A DNA stretch of 33,413 nucleotides from assembly GCA_037481775.1 (NCBI GenBank), contig JBBFKZ010000016.1:1-33413 (forward strand), read 5' to 3'. The notes below the pieces were generated by a model. It saw only the letters and a list, made by a program, of their open reading frames with translations, ran no database searches and had not been told where the DNA came from. Position numbers and translations under genes: made by a program. The stretch comes from Candidatus Bathyarchaeia archaeon (lineage in GTDB: Archaea; Thermoproteota; Bathyarchaeia; Bathyarchaeales; Bathycorpusculaceae). Positions 8,799 through 17,232 of this stretch are shown here, piece by piece (within the stretch, counting starts at the first letter, position 1; each line of letters begins with the position of its first letter).

Positions 8799-10208
8799 CT
8801 ACATTTTGTCCAGCTTGAATTCCTCGTGGATTGCGCGGACTGCGGCTTCGCCATCCTTTTCTTTGACCACGAATGAAATATTAAGCTCTGAGGAGCCCTG
8901 CGCAATCATTCGGATGTTTATTCCCTTCTTTGCCAACGCCGTGAATATCCTCGACGCCACGCCAGGTGTGCCCTTCATGTTTGCGCCCATAGCGGCGATA
9001 ACGCAGACGTCGTCTTCATCCGTGATTTCGCTGACCATGCCTCTGCCGAGAAGCGCTATTTCCAGCGCGCTGAGCGCTCTGCCCAACAAGTTTCGGCGTA
9101 TTATCAACGATACGTTTGCCTCGGAGACCGCGGCGGAAATCATCATGACGTTGATGTTGCTTTTGCCCAGAACATCAAGAACTTTAGCGTAGCTTCCTGG
9201 AGCACCAACCATCGCTGCGCCTTTAATGTTAATCATCGCTACATCTCTTATCATCGCCACCGCCTTTACCACGTCCTTAGATGCGGCTTCTTGCCCGTCT
9301 GCTATGAGGGTGCCTGGATTTTCAGGGTTAAAGACGTTTCTTATTCGCACGGGGATGCGCGCTTCAGCTACGGGCTCCAGGGCGCTTGGATGCATTGCCT
9401 TGGCTCCGAAAATGGCCATTTCAGCGGCTTCTCCGAAAGAAAGTTGCGGCAACGTTTTGGCTGAAGGCACAATCTTCGGGTCAGTTGTCATAATGCCGTC
9501 TACGTCGGTCCATATCCAGACTTCGTCGGCGGATAGCGCTACGCTGAGGATTGTAGCCGTGTAATCTGATCCGCCGCGTCCTAGCGTGGTGACTATGCCG
9601 TCTTGGGTTGCAGCTATGTATCCCGTTACAACAGGCACAATTTTTTTCTCAAGTAGCGGTTCAAGCCTTTCGCGCACGTGATGCGTGGTAACATTCATTA
9701 GCGGCCGCGCTTCTCCGAAATTGTCATCTGTCACTATTCCTGCCTCTTTCCCGGTGAAATACTGTGTGGGCACTTTGATGTTCCGTAGGGCGCCCCAAAC
9801 TAATGGCGCAGACAGTCTCTCGCCAAAGGATAAAACGTAATCTTTTGATTTAGGTGTAACTTCGCCGACGTAGCAGATGCCCATAAGCACTTTCTCAAGT
9901 TCGTCAACCGTTTTCTTGATTACCTGCTTTACTTCTTTCTGTATGCCTTCATCCTCTATTGCTTTCTCAGCCGTTTCCAAGTGCCGCTCTGCTAATTGTC
10001 GTGTGAATTCTTGAACTTTCTTTTCGCTTTGCTTTTTTGCTTGTTCCGCTTCTTCTAGTAGCTGGTTTGTTACTCCTGCTAAAGCGGAAACCACCACTAC
10101 TACGCTGTAGCCTTTTTTCACGTTTTCCGCTACTATGCTGGCTACTCGGCGGATGTTCTCGCCTGTAGCAACTGATGTTCCACCAAACTTCATAACTACT
10201 TTCTTCAT
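8799..10208 (-). CDS. lysC: Aspartate kinase, monofunctional, two C-terminal ACT domains
   Basis: VMKFGGTSV, VVSA, SFGERLS, TLGRGGSDYTA, WTDVDGI; ACT repeats (QGSSE). Confidence 0.95.
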   Translation of the reverse strand: MKKVVMKFGGTSVATGENIRRVASIVAENVKKGYSVVVVVSALAGVTNQLLEEAEQAKKQSEKKVQEFTRQLAERHLETAEKAIEDEGIQKEVKQVIKKTVDELEKVLMGICYVGEVTPKSKDYVLSFGERLSAPLVWGALRNIKVPTQYFTGKEAGIVTDDNFGEARPLMNVTTHHVRERLEPLLEKKIVPVVTGYIAATQDGIVTTLGRGGSDYTATILSVALSADEVWIWTDVDGIMTTDPKIVPSAKTLPQLSFGEAAEMAIFGAKAMHPSALEPVAEARIPVRIRNVFNPENPGTLIADGQEAASKDVVKAVAMIRDVAMINIKGAAMVGAPGSYAKVLDVLGKSNINVMMISAAVSEANVSLIIRRNLLGRALSALEIALLGRGMVSEITDEDDVCVIAAMGANMKGTPGVASRIFTALAKKGINIRMIAQGSSELNISFVVKEKDGEAAVRAIHEEFKLDKM

Positions 10209-10225
10209 GTTTCATCCTTCCATTG

Positions 10226-11257
10226 CTATGAGAGCATTTTGCTTGCTAGTCTACGTCTTATTTCTAGCAAGTCCCTTAAAACTGCACTGGCGGTTTCTAT
10301 GCCGCCGGCGCCCTTTCCAACAAGTGTCTGCTCCCCAGCGAATTCAGTGTAGAAGGTTACTGCGTTCAGTACGCCGCTGACGCATAAGGGGCTGTTTTTC
10401 GGTATCTCCATCGGCTTAACGGTTGGCTTGCCTTTTCCGTCTATTGCGCCTATGAGCTTTATGGTGTTGCCTCTTTTTGCTGCTTCATCAAGCGCCTGCA
10501 GTGTCACATCGCGGATGCCTGTTCTATCCACGTCCCTTAGCGTTACCTTCTTGTTCATCACCCAGTTGGTCAGAATAACAATTTTACATGCAGTATCAAA
10601 TCCTTCAATATCCATGGTTGGGTCTGTCTCTGCGTAGCCGAGCTTCTGCGCGTTTGCAAGCGCTTCTTGGAAGGACACGCGATTTTGCGCCATTTCCGTC
10701 AGTATATAATTGGTTGTGCCGTTTAGTATACCCTTTATGGCTAAGATTTTGTCTCCTGCGAGGCAACGCTTGGCAAACTCCAGCATGGGTGTCCCGCCGC
10801 CGACTGTTCCGCTGAACCGCAGGTAAACATTGTTGTATTCAGCTAATTCCATAAGCGCTGGCAACGCTAGGGCTAACGGTCCCTTATTGGTGGTGACAAC
10901 ATGCTTTCCAGTTTTGAACGCCGTTGTAATATGCGACATGGCGGGCTCGCCGTTTTTGATGTTAACCGGCGTGACTTCAACAACAACTTCTGCTTCAACG
11001 GACTCGATTACGTCTAACGCTGTCATTCCTGGGTGCCCAAACTCCGGATCTGCTGATATTGGAGCGCCTTTTTGCCTAAGCGTCTCTAGCTTTTCAGTGC
11101 TTAGTCCCCTTGGGTTGATTACTGCGCCATCTATATCGACGATGGCAACGATTTTCGGATTAAACCCGTAATCCTTAACTTTCTCCGCATACCGCCGGGC
11201 TAGTATTGCCGTTACGCTTTTGCCAACCACGCCAAACCCAATCAGGATAATCCTCAT
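10226..11257 (-). CDS. hom: Homoserine dehydrogenase
   Basis: IGFGVVG, VVTTNKGP, TVGGGTP, GILNGTTNYIL, GYAETDP, GKGAGG. ATG 11257 (GTG 11263 alternative). Confidence 0.95.
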   Translation of the reverse strand: MRIILIGFGVVGKSVTAILARRYAEKVKDYGFNPKIVAIVDIDGAVINPRGLSTEKLETLRQKGAPISADPEFGHPGMTALDVIESVEAEVVVEVTPVNIKNGEPAMSHITTAFKTGKHVVTTNKGPLALALPALMELAEYNNVYLRFSGTVGGGTPMLEFAKRCLAGDKILAIKGILNGTTNYILTEMAQNRVSFQEALANAQKLGYAETDPTMDIEGFDTACKIVILTNWVMNKKVTLRDVDRTGIRDVTLQALDEAAKRGNTIKLIGAIDGKGKPTVKPMEIPKNSPLCVSGVLNAVTFYTEFAGEQTLVGKGAGGIETASAVLRDLLEIRRRLASKMLS

Positions 11258-11264
11258 GCCCACT

Positions 11265-12515
11265 TCACCTTGCCATGACTTCTATGGCTCTCTTTAATCC
11301 TAAAACATCTTCGATAGCCGCCATTTCCGCATCGACTTCCACAGGCTTCTCGCTCATCTTAACCGCGGTATCTGGGTCTTTAAGTCCATGGCCCGTGGTT
11401 ACACAGACTACGCGTTCATCCTTGTCTATCACGCCGTTTTCAACGAGCTTTATCAAACCCGCAATCGATGAAGCGCTTGCCGGCTCAACAAATAAGCCCT
11501 CAATTCTCGCAAGCAACTTCTGCGCGCTTAAAATCTCCTCGTCAGTCACGGTTTCAGCAGTCCCCTTCGACTCCCGTATGGCGTTTAACGCTTTTTTCCA
11601 GCTTACCGGCGCGCCTATTCGTATGGCGGTTGCAACGGTTTCAGGCGAAGCGACAGGCACGATGGTGTCGCTTCCAGTCTTTATTGCCCGCGCTATTGGC
11701 GCTGCACCCGCCGCCTGTATCCCCGTCATCTTTGGAAGCCCCTTCACAAAGCCAAGCTCGTGGAACTCCTTGAAGCCTTTCCAAATGGCGCTTATGTTCC
11801 CTGCGTTTCCAACCGGCACAATAACCCTATCTGGCGCTTCCTGGTTCAGCTGATCGCAGATTTCGAAGCCCAGCGACTTTTGCCCTTCAATTCTGAATGG
11901 GTTAACCGAGTTTAGTAGGTAAATGGTCCGGTGCTTCTCTGAAAGCTTAAGCACAATATCCAAGGCTTGGTCAAAGTTGCCGCGCACTTGAATGACCTTC
12001 GCGCCGTAGATCATGGCTTGCGAAAGTTTTCCGTATGCAATTTTGCCTGAAGGTATCAAAACTGCGCATTGTAACCCTGCCTTCGCTGCGTAAGCCGCCA
12101 ACGATGCCGAGGTGTTGCCTGTAGACGCGCATATAACGGATTTAACGCCTAGCTCAACAGCTTTGGTTACGCCGACGGTCATGCCTCTGTCCTTGAAGGA
12201 GCCTGTGGGGTTTTCACCCTCATTTTTCACATAAAGCTCGCGCAGCCCCAGATGTTTTGCCAAGCGCAAGCATGGATGAAGCCCTGTGCCTCCCTCATTT
12301 AATGAAACAATTTTTGAGGCGTCACTTATAGGCATGAAGTCTCGGTAACGCCACACTGAAAGCGGCGCCTTCCGCCAATCGCTTCCCTTAAGTGCTTTAC
12401 TCAATTCCTTATATTCATATTTTATTTCAAGTATGTCTCCGCATTTTCTGCAGAAGTACACAATTTCATTTACATCGTATGTGCTTCCGCAGTTAATGCA
12501 AACCTGCTTAGCCAC
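11265..12515 (-). CDS. thrC: Threonine synthase with N-terminal Zn-ribbon
   Basis: CINC/CRKC, NPTGSFKDRG PLP Lys, ASTGNT, PVGNAGN, TGHGLKD; GTG 12515 follows SD GAGGTG. Confidence 0.95.
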   Translation of the reverse strand: MAKQVCINCGSTYDVNEIVYFCRKCGDILEIKYEYKELSKALKGSDWRKAPLSVWRYRDFMPISDASKIVSLNEGGTGLHPCLRLAKHLGLRELYVKNEGENPTGSFKDRGMTVGVTKAVELGVKSVICASTGNTSASLAAYAAKAGLQCAVLIPSGKIAYGKLSQAMIYGAKVIQVRGNFDQALDIVLKLSEKHRTIYLLNSVNPFRIEGQKSLGFEICDQLNQEAPDRVIVPVGNAGNISAIWKGFKEFHELGFVKGLPKMTGIQAAGAAPIARAIKTGSDTIVPVASPETVATAIRIGAPVSWKKALNAIRESKGTAETVTDEEILSAQKLLARIEGLFVEPASASSIAGLIKLVENGVIDKDERVVCVTTGHGLKDPDTAVKMSEKPVEVDAEMAAIEDVLGLKRAIEVMAR

Positions 12516-12647
12516 TACATCCACCTCTTTAACCTGAATATTCCGCGTGCATCGCTTTTGCCGTGGTTGGCAAACAGTATCAAATTGTAAGTATTAACAC
12601 TATTGTTGGTTTCCAGCGCTATTCGCCGCCGCGAAAGCATCTGCGCA

Positions 12648-13226
12648 TCACCCTACTAGGTTGGACAGAACCTCGTAAGCTTTGAGGCTGTCCTTTTTTT
12701 CTACAACAATTATTGTTTCTGTCCAGCAGGAGATGAACTCTATGATGTTCACGTTTTGCTCCGCCAGCAACGTCGTTAAGAAGGCAACAACTCCTGGCGT
12801 AGCTTCCAACTCTTCAGGCGAATGAATTACTATCATTGTGCAATTATCATGCTTGACAAGCGCGTTAATTCTCTCAGGCATGTCGCTTCTGTCGAGAAGG
12901 TAAACGTACTTGCCGAGCAAGTCTACTTTCATCCCGTTTTTGGTGTTCAATTCCTTGCTTGTTATCATAACGGCTTTTCTGTCATAAACTGCTATTCCGC
13001 TCCGCTTCAGCACCTGCAGAACTTTTTCTTCCCTTTTCTGCTTATGCTTTTGAAGGTCTTCTGCAAACCTTCGCAAGGCCGCTTTTATGGCGCTGGTGTT
13101 GTCTATTTTCAGCTCTTTCTGGATTTGGCGGGCTAGCTCGCTGAGGTTAACTATGCCCTTTTCCAGCGCCTCCAGCAGATACGGCTTGTTTTGAAGGTGA
13201 CTTCTCACAGTTTTAGCTATTGGCAT
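12648..13226 (-). CDS. Predicted amino-acid-sensing regulator: N-terminal HTH-like region + C-terminal ACT domain
   Basis: GIVNLSELARQI...SAIKAALRR helix-turn-helix-like segment; TPGVVAFLTTLLAEQNVNIIEFISCWTETIIVV ACT fold; ATG 13226 lies 27 nt downstream of TTTAAA (13253-13258), consistent with a leaderless mRNA. Confidence 0.7.
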   Translation of the reverse strand: MPIAKTVRSHLQNKPYLLEALEKGIVNLSELARQIQKELKIDNTSAIKAALRRFAEDLQKHKQKREEKVLQVLKRSGIAVYDRKAVMITSKELNTKNGMKVDLLGKYVYLLDRSDMPERINALVKHDNCTMIVIHSPEELEATPGVVAFLTTLLAEQNVNIIEFISCWTETIIVVEKKDSLKAYEVLSNLVG

Positions 13227-13232
13227 GGTGCA

Positions 13233-13295
13233 TAAATGTATCAAATGGAACATTTAAAGCTTGTTAAGTCACAAAAAAGTCGCAATGTTTAAAAA
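13233..13295 (+). promoter_or_regulatory. Divergent argG / HTH-ACT promoter with palindrome TAAATGT-N10-ACATTTA, BRE and TATA
   Basis: Palindrome 13233-13256; AAGTCGCAA 13277-13285; TTTAAAAA 13288-13295; aligns ungapped with the lysW promoter. Confidence 0.7.
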
Positions 13296-13348
13296 CACCG
13301 CCCCCGAGGTAAGGGAAATAAATTTCATTCAAAAAGCGGGGGAGCAAA

Positions 13349-14572
13349 ACGACCGAAAAAATCGTATTGGCCTACTCAGGCGGACTAGACACGTCCGTGA
13401 TGATTAAGTGGCTTCAAGAAAAATATAACGCCGACGTGATAACCGTAACAGCCAACGTCGGCCAGCCAGAAGATCTAAAGGAAATTGAGGCAAAAGCGAA
13501 AAAACTAGGTGCCTTAAAACACTACTCAATAGACGCCAAAGAGGAATTCGCTAAAGATTACGTTTTTCCAGCAATAAAAGCCAACGCACTGTACGAGGGA
13601 AAGTATCCCATAAGCACCAGCCTCTCTCGGCCGCTTATAGCCCAGAAGATGGTTGAAATCGCAGAAAAAGAAGGCGCAACCGGCTTAGCACATGGATGCA
13701 CAGGCAAAGGCAACGATCAAGTGCGCTTTGACGTAACATTGGGCGCGTTGGCGCCGGACTTAAAGATCATTGCACCTGTCCGCGAATGGAACATGACCCG
13801 CGAAGAAGAAATCGAATATGCGAAAGCCAAGGGCATTCCAGTTTCCAATGCAGCAAAGAAATATAGCATAGACCAAAGCATCTGGGGCAGGTCCATCGAG
13901 TGCGGTGTATTGGAAGATGCCAGCAAAGAACCGCCTGAAGACGCTTTCGAATGGACTGTCTCGCCTGAGAAAGCGCCGGACAAACCAGAATACGTTACCA
14001 TCCAATTTGAAGCAGGCGTCCCTGTTGCCTTGAACGGCAAGAAGCTTGATCCTCTCACGCTTATTGAAACATTAAATAAGACCGCGGGAAAGCATGGCAT
14101 CGGCCGCATAGACCACATAGAGGACCGCTTGGTCGGCATCAAATCACGAGAAATCTATGAGTGCCCAGCCGCCACCGTCATCATAGAAGCACACAAGGAC
14201 CTGGAAAAGATGGTTTTAACGCGGCATGAAGTCTTGTTCAAGCAGCAAATTGACGCCCAATGGACATTTCTGGCTTACGCGGGCTTGTGGGTGGAGCCTC
14301 TAAAAGAAGATCTTGACGCCTTCATAAACAAAACTCAGGAAAAAGTCAACGGAGAAGTCCGTGTGAAACTATACAAGGGCGGGCTTCAAATAGTAGGCCG
14401 CTCATCGCCGATGTCGCTTTACGACAAGAATCTGGTTAATTATAACATAAAAACCGGCTTTAACCCTGCTTACTCCAAAGGATTCATTGAACTTTGGGGT
14501 CTGCAAACCAGAATGGCTAATATTCTGAAAAGAAAAGCTAAGCAGCAAAAAGGCACTGCGGGAGGCGAGTAA
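13349..14572 (+). CDS. argG: Argininosuccinate synthase (probable non-canonical ACG start)
   Basis: KIVLAYSGGLDTS, HGCTGKGNDQVRF, SIECGVLED, GIKSREIYE. The ORF-track TTG (13367) is the Leu of the conserved KIVLAYS motif; in-frame TAA at 13319-13321. Confidence 0.95.
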   Translation, partial: TTEKIVLAYSGGLDTSVMIKWLQEKYNADVITVTANVGQPEDLKEIEAKAKKLGALKHYSIDAKEEFAKDYVFPAIKANALYEGKYPISTSLSRPLIAQKMVEIAEKEGATGLAHGCTGKGNDQVRFDVTLGALAPDLKIIAPVREWNMTREEEIEYAKAKGIPVSNAAKKYSIDQSIWGRSIECGVLEDASKEPPEDAFEWTVSPEKAPDKPEYVTIQFEAGVPVALNGKKLDPLTLIETLNKTAGKHGIGRIDHIEDRLVGIKSREIYECPAATVIIEAHKDLEKMVLTRHEVLFKQQIDAQWTFLAYAGLWVEPLKEDLDAFINKTQEKVNGEVRVKLYKGGLQIVGRSSPMSLYDKNLVNYNIKTGFNPAYSKGFIELWGLQTRMANILKRKAKQQKGTAGGE

Positions 14573-16056
14573 TGTCAAAGCTGCTGCGAGGCGGACGCTT
14601 ATCAGCGGTACGCGAGGACGTTGCAAAGTTCACCTCCTCAATGAAGGATGACCTGCGGCTGGCAGAAGCCGTAATCGCCATCAACAAGGCTCACGTAATA
14701 ATGCTAATGGAGCAGAAAATTCTTAAGCAATCAGACGGCGCCCAGCTTCTGCAAGCGCTCGCCAAATGCTCCAGCACGGCCTTGGATGCTTCAGCGGAAG
14801 ATGTTCACATGGCTGTGGAGGAAGCAGTGCTCCGAGAGGTAGGCGAGACAGTAGGCGGAAACCTTCATATCGCTAAAAGCCGAAACGATCAGGTTTCCAC
14901 CGCCATTCGCATTGAACTGCGGAAGGAGCTACTTAATCTTATGCGTGCCGTGGCTCACGTGCAAGAGCATCTGATAGAAGTTGCAGAAGACCATTTGAAA
15001 ACCGTCATCTTAGAGTACACGCATCTGCAACCGGCGCAACCAGTAACATTTGCTCATTACCTGATGTCGCATTGCGCTGCGTTGGAACGCGATCTTGAGC
15101 GTCTCCAAAACGTTTACGCACGGGTTAACCTCTGCCCGCTTGGCGCAGGCGCACTGGCAACAACAAGCTTCCCAATAAACCGCGACAGAACTGCGGCGCT
15201 TCTAGGCTTCGCCGGAGTAGCTGAAAATTCCATCGACGCCGTTGGCAGCCGGGACTTCATAATAGAAACCCTTGCTGTGCTTACGCTAATCGCCGTTAAC
15301 CTAAGTCGCTTCGCCGAGGACCTAATAATCTGGAGTTCCTCTGACTTTGGCGTGGTGGAGCTGCCGGACGAGTTCACCAGCACAAGCAGCATCATGCCTC
15401 AGAAGAAAAACCCCGAGGTACTGGAGGTCATCCGTGCACGAGCCAGCCATGTGCTAGGCGATTTCGTAGCCGCAGCTGCAGCAGTGAAAAGTTTGCCATC
15501 CACGTATAACCTTGACTTCCAAGAGATAACGCCCAAATTGTGGGCTTCAATAGAATCTGTTCATGCTTCACTGGATATGCTCCATAAGCTGCTGCCCAAA
15601 CTGAAAGTAACGCAGAGTGTTGCGGATAAGGCGAACGCGAGTTTCGTAGCGGCAACCGAGCTTGCCAATCTGCTTGTGCGAAAATATGATGTTTCCTTCA
15701 GAACAGCGCATAAGATAGTCGGCGCCTTTGTTAAAGCGCTAATAGATGCGAAGCTAACTTTCGCGGAAGCTACCTCCGAAATGCTTCAGAAAGCAGCGGA
15801 AAACACTGCAAACATTAAGCTGAAAGTTAAGGCTGAAGAATTGAAGGCGCTTGCTGACCCGCTTGTGCTGGTTGAAGCATGCAAAGTTAAGGGCGGTCCT
15901 GCTCCTGAAGTGGTTGAAAAAGCATTGAATGAATGGAAGGAAAAGTTGCTTCAAACCAAATCCCATATATTGCAGTTAGATAAGCTGCTTGAAAAAGCTG
16001 AAAATGCCTTGGAAGAAGCTGTTTCCGCATATTCCAGTGAAAAACGTAAAACTTAA
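14572..16056 (+). CDS. argH: Argininosuccinate lyase
   Basis: EDVHMAVE, KSRNDQV, YTHLQPAQP, SSIMPQKKNP signature; TAATG coupling to argG. Confidence 0.96.
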   Translation: MSKLLRGGRLSAVREDVAKFTSSMKDDLRLAEAVIAINKAHVIMLMEQKILKQSDGAQLLQALAKCSSTALDASAEDVHMAVEEAVLREVGETVGGNLHIAKSRNDQVSTAIRIELRKELLNLMRAVAHVQEHLIEVAEDHLKTVILEYTHLQPAQPVTFAHYLMSHCAALERDLERLQNVYARVNLCPLGAGALATTSFPINRDRTAALLGFAGVAENSIDAVGSRDFIIETLAVLTLIAVNLSRFAEDLIIWSSSDFGVVELPDEFTSTSSIMPQKKNPEVLEVIRARASHVLGDFVAAAAAVKSLPSTYNLDFQEITPKLWASIESVHASLDMLHKLLPKLKVTQSVADKANASFVAATELANLLVRKYDVSFRTAHKIVGAFVKALIDAKLTFAEATSEMLQKAAENTANIKLKVKAEELKALADPLVLVEACKVKGGPAPEVVEKALNEWKEKLLQTKSHILQLDKLLEKAENALEEAVSAYSSEKRKT

Positions 16057-16085
16057 AAATTCAGAATGGTAGGTAGTATAGGGCT

Positions 16086-17231
16086 TTGGCACCAGAACAA
16101 ACTTCCAGCAAAAACAAGAAAGCGGTTCTACTGTTAGCGGACAGCACTTTCTTCATCGGCAAAGGTTTTGGTGCAGCACGGAAAGTTTCAGGCGAAGTTG
16201 TTTTCTCCACATCAATGGTTGGCTACCCAGAATCGCTCACAGATCCTTCATATAAAGGTCAAATCTTGACCTTAACTTATCCGCTTGTAGGCAATTACGG
16301 CGTTCCACCACGCGATATGAAATTCGGATTGCCCATTTACTTCGAGTCAGACCACATCCAAGTGCAAGGCTTAGTTATCCATGAACTCTGCAATGACCCA
16401 CACCATTGGGCGTCAACGAGAACACTAGACAGGTGGCTGCAAGATGAAGGCGTACCAGGCATTTACGGCGTTGACACCCGGCGTCTCACCAAAAAACTGA
16501 GAACATACGGAGTAATGCTGGGCATTCTACAAGTTTGTGAAGCCGGCGAAGAGCCTAATTTGGAAAATCTTATTCAAGAAGCAAAAATGGGCATTCGAGA
16601 TCCCAATTTAACTGATTTAGTTAAGGAAGTAACCGTGAAGGAACCCATACACTATAATGTGGACGGCAAATATACTGTTGTTCTAATCGACTGTGGCGTC
16701 AAATATAATATTCTGCGGAACCTGCTGAAGCGCGGTATCAACGTTATAAGAGTTCCCTACAACTTCTCAGCGAAAGAAATCCTGGAGTATCATCCGAACG
16801 GCGTTTTCCTGAGTAACGGTCCAGGCGACCCGAAAAAATGCGTTAGCACCATCCAATGCGTCAGCGAGCTTGTCGATAAAGTTCCGATGATGGGCATCTG
16901 CTTGGGTGCTCAGATACTCGCGCTGGCAGTAGGAGGCGACACCTACAAACTAAAGTATGGGCATCGCTCCCAAAACCAGCCTGCGCTAGACTTGAAGACT
17001 AACCGTTGCTACATCACCACGCAGAACCACGGTTACGCCATCGACACAGAATGCTTCTGCAGAATACCGCTGGAGCCATGGTTCATAAACGCCAACGACA
17101 AAACCATAGAGGGCGTGAAGCACAAGAGCAAACCTGCTTTTGCCGTGCAATGGCATCCCGAAGCTGCGCCAGGACCATACGACACCGAATTCCTCTTTGA
17201 CGAATTCAAGAAACTAATGGAGGCTGCTTGA
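16086..17231 (+). CDS. carA: Carbamoyl-phosphate synthase small (glutaminase) subunit
   Basis: GEVVFST.M.GYPESLTDPSY.GQ, LSNGPGDP, GICLG nucleophile Cys, QWHPE; TTG start. Confidence 0.96.
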   Translation: MAPEQTSSKNKKAVLLLADSTFFIGKGFGAARKVSGEVVFSTSMVGYPESLTDPSYKGQILTLTYPLVGNYGVPPRDMKFGLPIYFESDHIQVQGLVIHELCNDPHHWASTRTLDRWLQDEGVPGIYGVDTRRLTKKLRTYGVMLGILQVCEAGEEPNLENLIQEAKMGIRDPNLTDLVKEVTVKEPIHYNVDGKYTVVLIDCGVKYNILRNLLKRGINVIRVPYNFSAKEILEYHPNGVFLSNGPGDPKKCVSTIQCVSELVDKVPMMGICLGAQILALAVGGDTYKLKYGHRSQNQPALDLKTNRCYITTQNHGYAIDTECFCRIPLEPWFINANDKTIEGVKHKSKPAFAVQWHPEAAPGPYDTEFLFDEFKKLMEAA

Positions 17232-17232
17232 A

